The translations under genes and the position numbers were made by a program. This document shows, in pieces, positions 57,833 to 64,000 of a stretch of DNA of 64,000 nt (the first letter of the stretch is position 1; every line of letters begins with the position of its first letter). Location of the stretch: the NCBI GenBank assembly GCA_045606105.1, contig JAZURI010000007.1:1-64000 (forward strand), written 5' to 3'. Below the pieces are notes generated by a model. It was not told where the DNA came from. It was given only the letters and a program-made list of their open reading frames with translations, and did no database searches. Source of the DNA: Spirochaetia bacterium (GTDB lineage Bacteria > Spirochaetota > Spirochaetia > CADAEX01).

Positions 57833-58504
57833 ATGAAAAAAGGTAAAAAATTCCAGGAAGCTGTAAAAAAATACAACAAACAGGAAGTTTATGCTTTTGA
57901 AGATGGAGCAAAGCTTGCTAAGGAAATTGCATTTGCAAAATTCGATGAAACAATCGACCTTTCAATCAGACTCAATCTTAAAAAGGGGCAGAGTGTAAGA
58001 GATACCCTCGTTCTTCCTAACCAGTTCAAGGGCGAAAAGAAGATTCTCGTATTCGCCAAGGGTGAAAAGGCTGAAGAAGCAAAGGCTGCCGGTGCGGCAT
58101 ATGTCGGAGACACAGACCTCGTTGAAAAGATCAGAGGCGGATGGCTCGATTTCGATGTAGCAGTTGCAACACCTGACATGATGAAGGATGTAGGTAAGCT
58201 CGGTCCGGTTCTCGGTAGAAGAGGACTCATGCCTAACCCAAAGACACATACAGTAACTTTTGATGTAAAGGAAGCTATTGCCGAACTCAAGAAGGGTCGT
58301 ACAGAGTACAGATCTGACAAGACAGGTATCGTAAGTGTTTCCGTAGGTAAAGTATCAATGGATGCTGCACAGATTGTAGAGAACATCAAGGTTGTTGTTT
58401 CAGAGGTTGAAAGAAAGAGACCTGCTGATGCAAAGGGTGATTTTGTTCTTTCTCTGGCCATCTCATCAACAATGGGACCTGGTATCAAGGTTAAGAAGGC
58501 TTAG
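57833..58504 (+). CDS. rplA: 50S ribosomal protein L1
   Basis: [24 protein letters not shown]. Confidence 0.97.
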   Translation: MKKGKKFQEAVKKYNKQEVYAFEDGAKLAKEIAFAKFDETIDLSIRLNLKKGQSVRDTLVLPNQFKGEKKILVFAKGEKAEEAKAAGAAYVGDTDLVEKIRGGWLDFDVAVATPDMMKDVGKLGPVLGRRGLMPNPKTHTVTFDVKEAIAELKKGRTEYRSDKTGIVSVSVGKVSMDAAQIVENIKVVVSEVERKRPADAKGDFVLSLAISSTMGPGIKVKKA

Positions 58505-58515
58505 GAGAGTAGAAA

Positions 58516-59022
58516 ATGGCAGAATATGTAGTAAAAGTACAGGAAAACAAGAAAGAGGCAGTTGCAGACCTCAGAGCAAAGTTCGAAGGTGTTTCAAACT
58601 TCATTTTTGCAGACTACAGAGGACTGACAGTAGCTCAGATTACAGAAATCAGAAAGAAGCTCCGTGAAAGCGATGCAGATTTCAAGGTTGTAAAAAACAG
58701 ATTTGCAAAGATTGCAATGAGAGATCTGGGATTCACAGAAGTTGATGATTTCCTTAAAGGGCCTACAGCTGTTGCTGCTGTTCCTGAAGAATCAAACGCA
58801 GTTGCAAAAGCACTTTTCGATTTCAAGAACGGTGGTATGCCGCTTGCAGTAAAGGGTGCCTATGTTGACGGTATGCTCTTCGATGCAGCTCAGATTGAAG
58901 CATTCTCAAAGCTTCCTTCAAGAGCTCAGCTCATTGCTACGTTGATGGGTATGATGAAGTCTCCGGTACAGAAGCTGGCAGGAACACTTCAGGCTATCGT
59001 GGATCAGAGCGAAGGAAAATAA
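58516..59022 (+). CDS. rplJ: 50S ribosomal protein L10
   Basis: DYRGLTV, VVKN, LKGPTA, LPSR. Confidence 0.96.
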   Translation: MAEYVVKVQENKKEAVADLRAKFEGVSNFIFADYRGLTVAQITEIRKKLRESDADFKVVKNRFAKIAMRDLGFTEVDDFLKGPTAVAAVPEESNAVAKALFDFKNGGMPLAVKGAYVDGMLFDAAQIEAFSKLPSRAQLIATLMGMMKSPVQKLAGTLQAIVDQSEGK

Positions 59023-59115
59023 CCGTTTATTCGGTATTTTATATTAATGCAGCTTTAGTCTTATTAGTCATGCTACAGCTGCTGTAAAAAAATTTATTTA
59101 TAAGGAGAAGTTAAT

Positions 59116-59490
59116 ATGGCTACACAGGAAGAAATTCTTGAATCAATCGCAAAAATGACAATTATGGAGATCTCTGATCTCGTAAAGGCAATGGAAGAAA
59201 AATTTGGTGTTTCCGCAGCAGCACCTGTAGCAGTTGCAGCAGCAGGCGCAGCAGCAGCTCCGCCTGAAGAGGAAAAGACAGAATTCGACGTTATCCTTGC
59301 AGCAGTTCCTGCAGACAAGAAGATTGCAGCTATCAAGGTTGTAAGAGAAGTTACAGGACTCGGACTCAAGGAAGCAAAAGAACTTGTTGAATCAGCTCCA
59401 AAAGCAATCAAGGAAGGCGCTTCCAAGGAAGATGCTGATGCTCTTAAGGCAAAACTTGAAGCAGCTGGTGCACAGGTTGAAATTAAATAA
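59116..59490 (+). CDS. rplL: 50S ribosomal protein L7/L12
   Basis: [25 protein letters not shown]. Confidence 0.97.
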   Translation: MATQEEILESIAKMTIMEISDLVKAMEEKFGVSAAAPVAVAAAGAAAAPPEEEKTEFDVILAAVPADKKIAAIKVVREVTGLGLKEAKELVESAPKAIKEGASKEDADALKAKLEAAGAQVEIK

Positions 59491-59623
59491 TCACGCACTG
59501 ATTATAACAAACATTTAAAAATTTTTTTCACGTTATAAGGGTTGGACTAATTTTTTAGTACAGCCCTATGTTTATCTATAGAATGTTATAAAATTAACAT
59601 TTTGATCGAGGGAGGTATGACGA

Positions 59624-62600
59624 ATGCTTGATAGAAAAAAAGCTATTAAGCGCCAATATGTAGGACGCGATTATCATGAGGTTATGGAAGTACCGAATCT
59701 TATCGATATCCAGTTGTCCTCCTATGAGAACTTTTTACAGCTTGATAAGATCAGAAAGGGTGAGAAGCTTGAGCTCAAGGGTCTGGAAGATGTTTTCCGG
59801 AGTGTTTTCCCTATAGAGAGCCAGGACGGAACAATGACTCTTCACTACGAGAACTATATTCTCGACGAAAAAAGTATCAAGCTTGATGAATTTGGGTGCA
59901 AGCAGAAAGGTGCTACCTATTCAATCCCTCTGAAAGCCAGAATCAGTCTCGAGAAAAGAGGCGGTATAGAAGACGGCGTTTTACAAGAGAAAGTTATTTA
60001 CATCGGCGATATCCCGCTGATGACAGATAGAGGAACTTTTATCATCAACGGTGCGGAAAGAGTTGTTGTCAGCCAGATCCACAGAGCACCGGGTGTAGTT
60101 TTTTCCGATGAGAAGGGTGTATATTCTTCAAGAATCATCCCTTACAGAGGTTCATGGCTTGAGTTCGAGATCGAGAAAAAGAAAGAGCATATCTATGCCA
60201 GAATCGACAGGAAGAAAAGGATCCTCGGTACAATTTTCCTCAGAGCCCTGGGGTTTGAGACCAGAGAAGAGATCATAAAGCTTTTCTACAAGACTGAAAA
60301 AGTCAAGATTTATACAAAATCAGCAAAAAACGAACATTTGGAAGGCAAGGTACTTGCCAAGGCTATATACACAAAAGAAGAGGATGAAAACGGCAAGAAG
60401 AGGAAGCTCTACAGGGCAGGAGAGAAAGTAAAGCTTCATGATATCGACGAGCTCAAGCAGCTTGGTTTCAATGAAATCGAAATCATCGATTTCGAACATG
60501 AAGATTCACTTGATTCCACAATGATTCTCAAGTGCTTTGAATGGGAAGACCTGAAATACATAAACGATGAATCAGGTTCCGACGAGCTTACAAAGGACGA
60601 AGCCCTCAACATCGTATACTCAGTTCTCATGCCGGGCGAGCCTATGACTGTGGAAAATGCAGCCAAGGACCTCAATGCCATGTTCTTCTCAACCAGAAGA
60701 TACGATCTCGGAAAGGTGGGCCGCTACAAGCTCAACATGAAGTACAAGAAGCCTTCCGACATTGCAGACGGACAGAACAACGACGGCAGGATTGACGATT
60801 CCGGTGAATCCGTTCTTACAAAAAACGACATCATCGAGACAATGAAGTTCCTTATCAATGTCTTTATCGGCAAGGAAAAGTTTGATGATATCGACCATCT
60901 CGGAAACAGACGCGTAAGATCTGTAGGCGAGCTTCTGGCCAACCAGCTGAAGGTTGCTTTCACAAGAATGGAGAGAATTGCCAAGGAGAGAATGTCCCTG
61001 AAGGATACAGACACAATCAGACCTCAGGATCTTATCTCCATCAAGCCTATCGGAGCTGCAGTCAAGGAATTCTTCGGTTCCAGCCAGCTTTCACAGTTCA
61101 TGGATCAGGTAAACCCTCTTTCCGAGCTTACACATAAAAGAAGACTCAACGCTCTCGGTCCGGGAGGTCTTTCAAGAGACAGGGCAGGATTCGAGGTCAG
61201 AGACGTTCACTTCACACACTACGGAAGAATGTGTCCTATCGAGACTCCTGAAGGTCCGAACATCGGTCTTATCGTTTCCCTTGCCAACTATACCAAGGTA
61301 AATGATTACGGTTTCCTTGAGACACCTTACAGAAAGGTCATAAACGGAAAGGCAACAAAAGAGGTTCAGTATCTCAATGCCATGGAAGAGGAAAAATTTG
61401 TCATTGCCCAGGCCAACGCCCCTCTCAACGAGGACGGAAGCTTTGTCAACGACCAGGTTTCCATCAGGAAGGCCGGCGACTATTCCGCAAGATCTCCTGA
61501 AGAAATCAGATACATGGACGTATCTCCTAAGCAGGTAATTTCCGTATCAACCTCCCTGGTTCCTTTCATCGAGCATGACGATGCCAACAGAGCTCTCATG
61601 GGTTCCAACATGATGAGACAGGCTGTTCCGCTTCTTTTCCCTGAAGCACCAATTATCGGTACAGGTATGGAGGGAAGGACTGCTTATGACTCCGGAGTTG
61701 TGGTAAAGGCAAAGAGACCGGGAACTGTTTCCTATGTTTCCTCCACAAGAATTGAGATTACTCCTGAAGAGGCATCTGAAGAAAGAGATCTGTACAGACT
61801 TCAGAAATACCAGAGAACAAACCAGGATACATGCTTTTCACAGCGCCCTGTGGTTTCTCTCGGTGAAAAGGTTGAAGCCGGCGAGGTAATTGCCGACGGA
61901 CCTGCTACAGACAACGGAGAACTGGCTCTCGGAAGAAACGTTCTGGTAGGATTCATTCCATGGAACGGATACAACTACGAGGATGCTATCCTGATTTCCG
62001 AAAAGGTAGTAAAGGAAGATATTTTTACTTCCATTCATATAAAAGAGCTTGCAGTAGAGATCCGCGAAACAAAGCTGGGTCCTGAAAAGCTTACAAGAGA
62101 TGTTCCTAATACAAGTGAGAAGGCTCTTGAAAACCTGGATGAGGAAGGTATCATCAGAATCGGCTCCAGTGTCGATTCCAACGATATTCTGGTAGGAAAG
62201 GTAACTCCTAAGTCCGAAACAGAAACCACACCTGAATTCAGGCTTCTCAATTCCATCTTCGGTGAAAAATCCAAGGATGTAAGAGATACTTCCCTCAGGG
62301 TTCCGCACGGAACAAGCGGTATCGTTATTGATATCCAGCGTCTCAAGAGATCCGAGGGTGATGATCTCAGCCCGGGTGTCGAAGAGGTGGTGAAGATTCT
62401 CGTTGCAACAAAGAGAAAGCTCCGCGAAGGAGACAAGATGGCAGGACGCCACGGAAACAAGGGTGTTGTTTCCAGAATCCTTCCTGAAGAGGATATGCCG
62501 TTCCTGGCAGACGGTACCCCTATGGATATCTGTCTTAACCCTCTCGGTGTACCTTCCCGTATGAACCTGGGACAGCTCATGGAGGCCAGCCTCGGACTTG

Positions 62601-63175
62601 CAGGATGGGCTCTTGATGAAAAATATGCGGTACCTGTATTCCAGTCCGCAACCCATGAGATGATTTCCGAAAAACTGAAGCAGGGCGGAATGCCTGAGAA
62701 CTCAAAGGCAATCCTTTACGACGGTCTCACAGGCGAGCCGTTTGAAAACCCTCTCATGATCGGATGTGTATATATGCTCAAGCTCCATCACCTTGTTGAT
62801 GACAAGATGCATGCCCGTTCAACCGGTCCTTACTCACTGGTTACTCAGCAGCCTCTCGGAGGAAAGGCCCAGTTCGGTGGTCAGCGTCTCGGAGAAATGG
62901 AGGTATGGGCACTGGAGGCTTACGGTGCAGCCAACACACTGCAGGAGTTCCTTACAATCAAGTCTGACGACATGAACGGAAGAACAAAGACCTATGAAAA
63001 TATCGTCAAGGGAGAACCGACTACACAGGCCGGTGTTCCTGAATCCTTCAACGTTCTCGTACAGGAGCTCAGAGGTCTTGCACTTGACATGTCTATCTGG
63101 GACGACAGGGAAAGACAGATTCCTCTTACCGAAAAGGATGAGGAAATTATCAATCAGCAGGGAACCAATTTTTAA
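59624..63175 (+). CDS. rpoB: RNA polymerase beta subunit
   Basis: [52 protein letters not shown]. Confidence 0.99.
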   Translation: MLDRKKAIKRQYVGRDYHEVMEVPNLIDIQLSSYENFLQLDKIRKGEKLELKGLEDVFRSVFPIESQDGTMTLHYENYILDEKSIKLDEFGCKQKGATYSIPLKARISLEKRGGIEDGVLQEKVIYIGDIPLMTDRGTFIINGAERVVVSQIHRAPGVVFSDEKGVYSSRIIPYRGSWLEFEIEKKKEHIYARIDRKKRILGTIFLRALGFETREEIIKLFYKTEKVKIYTKSAKNEHLEGKVLAKAIYTKEEDENGKKRKLYRAGEKVKLHDIDELKQLGFNEIEIIDFEHEDSLDSTMILKCFEWEDLKYINDESGSDELTKDEALNIVYSVLMPGEPMTVENAAKDLNAMFFSTRRYDLGKVGRYKLNMKYKKPSDIADGQNNDGRIDDSGESVLTKNDIIETMKFLINVFIGKEKFDDIDHLGNRRVRSVGELLANQLKVAFTRMERIAKERMSLKDTDTIRPQDLISIKPIGAAVKEFFGSSQLSQFMDQVNPLSELTHKRRLNALGPGGLSRDRAGFEVRDVHFTHYGRMCPIETPEGPNIGLIVSLANYTKVNDYGFLETPYRKVINGKATKEVQYLNAMEEEKFVIAQANAPLNEDGSFVNDQVSIRKAGDYSARSPEEIRYMDVSPKQVISVSTSLVPFIEHDDANRALMGSNMMRQAVPLLFPEAPIIGTGMEGRTAYDSGVVVKAKRPGTVSYVSSTRIEITPEEASEERDLYRLQKYQRTNQDTCFSQRPVVSLGEKVEAGEVIADGPATDNGELALGRNVLVGFIPWNGYNYEDAILISEKVVKEDIFTSIHIKELAVEIRETKLGPEKLTRDVPNTSEKALENLDEEGIIRIGSSVDSNDILVGKVTPKSETETTPEFRLLNSIFGEKSKDVRDTSLRVPHGTSGIVIDIQRLKRSEGDDLSPGVEEVVKILVATKRKLREGDKMAGRHGNKGVVSRILPEEDMPFLADGTPMDICLNPLGVPSRMNLGQLMEASLGLAGWALDEKYAVPVFQSATHEMISEKLKQGGMPENSKAILYDGLTGEPFENPLMIGCVYMLKLHHLVDDKMHARSTGPYSLVTQQPLGGKAQFGGQRLGEMEVWALEAYGAANTLQEFLTIKSDDMNGRTKTYENIVKGEPTTQAGVPESFNVLVQELRGLALDMSIWDDRERQIPLTEKDEEIINQQGTNF

Positions 63176-63189
63176 CGGAGTGGATGTTT

Positions 63190-64000
63190 ATGATTAAAGA
63201 TATGAATAATTTTGATAAGATTCTGATTAAACTTGCTTCTCCGGAGCTGATAAGAAAATGGTCATACGGTGAAGTAAAGAAGCCGGAAACTATAAACTAC
63301 AGAACACTCCGTCCGGAAAGAGACGGTCTCTTCTGCGAGAAGATTTTCGGAACCACAAAGGAATGGGAATGCTACTGCGGAAAGTTCAAGTCTATCCGTT
63401 ACAAGGGTGTTGTCTGTGACCGCTGTGGTGTAGAGGTTACACATTTCAAGGTCAGAAGAGAGAGAATGGGACATATCGAGCTTGCTTCTCCTGTTTCCCA
63501 TATCTGGTACTACAAATCCGTTCCTTCAAGAATGGGAGTTCTTCTCGATCTTACAGTAGCTGCCCTCAGATCCGTACTTTACTATGAAAAGTACATTGTA
63601 ATCGACGAGGGTGATACAGACCTCAAGAAAATGCAGCTTCTTTCAGAGGATGAATACAATGATGCCCAGGAGCTCTACGGCCAGAGATTTACTGCCGGTA
63701 TGGGAGCCGAGGCAATAAGAACACTTCTCGAAGGACTTGACCTCAACGCGCTGGCAGATGAGCTTCGTGCAAAGATGGCCGGAAAAGGGGCAAAGGCTGA
63801 CAAGAAATTCCTCAACAGACTGGAAATTGTTGAGCATTTCAGGGACTCCGGAAACAAGCCTGAATGGATGATCCTGAGTGTTATTCCTGTAATTCCGCCT
63901 GAGCTTCGTCCTATGGTACAGCTGGAGGGAGGCCGTTTCGCCACATCAGACCTTAACGATCTCTACAGGAGAGTCATCAACAGAAACAACAGACTCAAGA
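63190..64000 (+). CDS. rpoC: RNA polymerase beta' subunit, 3' end off window
   Basis: Manual translation [67 protein letters not shown]. Confidence 0.98.
   Translation, partial: MIKDMNNFDKILIKLASPELIRKWSYGEVKKPETINYRTLRPERDGLFCEKIFGTTKEWECYCGKFKSIRYKGVVCDRCGVEVTHFKVRRERMGHIELASPVSHIWYYKSVPSRMGVLLDLTVAALRSVLYYEKYIVIDEGDTDLKKMQLLSEDEYNDAQELYGQRFTAGMGAEAIRTLLEGLDLNALADELRAKMAGKGAKADKKFLNRLEIVEHFRDSGNKPEWMILSVIPVIPPELRPMVQLEGGRFATSDLNDLYRRVINRNNRLK

Overview
Bacterial chromosomal segment, most likely an anaerobic spirochaete (spirochaete-type rpoB/rpoC, rpmG-tRNA-Trp-secE-nusG-rplKAJL order, SurA/PpiD-type and DbpA-domain proteins). Most of it is housekeeping genes, with five tRNAs. The standout is a candidate split catabolic regulon. 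Locus A (16.9-27.2 kb) encodes two translationally coupled citrate-synthase/citryl-CoA-lyase-fold proteins with remodelled active sites, a SauS-like CoA-acylating aldehyde dehydrogenase, a HAD hydrolase lacking its general-acid Asp, a LysR regulator, an IMPase-family protein and a NuoE/NuoF/GltD-type flavoprotein complex. Locus B (49.2-53.7 kb) encodes a TRAP transporter and an HpnZ-like (phosphonate-associated) Zn alcohol dehydrogenase. Both loci share a very strong codon bias, and an ATAA(C/A)-N5-GTTAT LysR-type box lies upstream of both and over the LysR gene's own promoter. I infer a CoA-dependent pathway for a C2 phosphonate (or sulfonate); this is untested. Also present: an integrase-less HTH/HipA-like islet at tRNA-Arg whose target duplication includes the pheA 3' end, a duplicated metallophosphoesterase/DUF362 pair with a G10 frameshift, and a GT2-GIY-YIG fusion. 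All calls come from reading the sequence; no searches were run.
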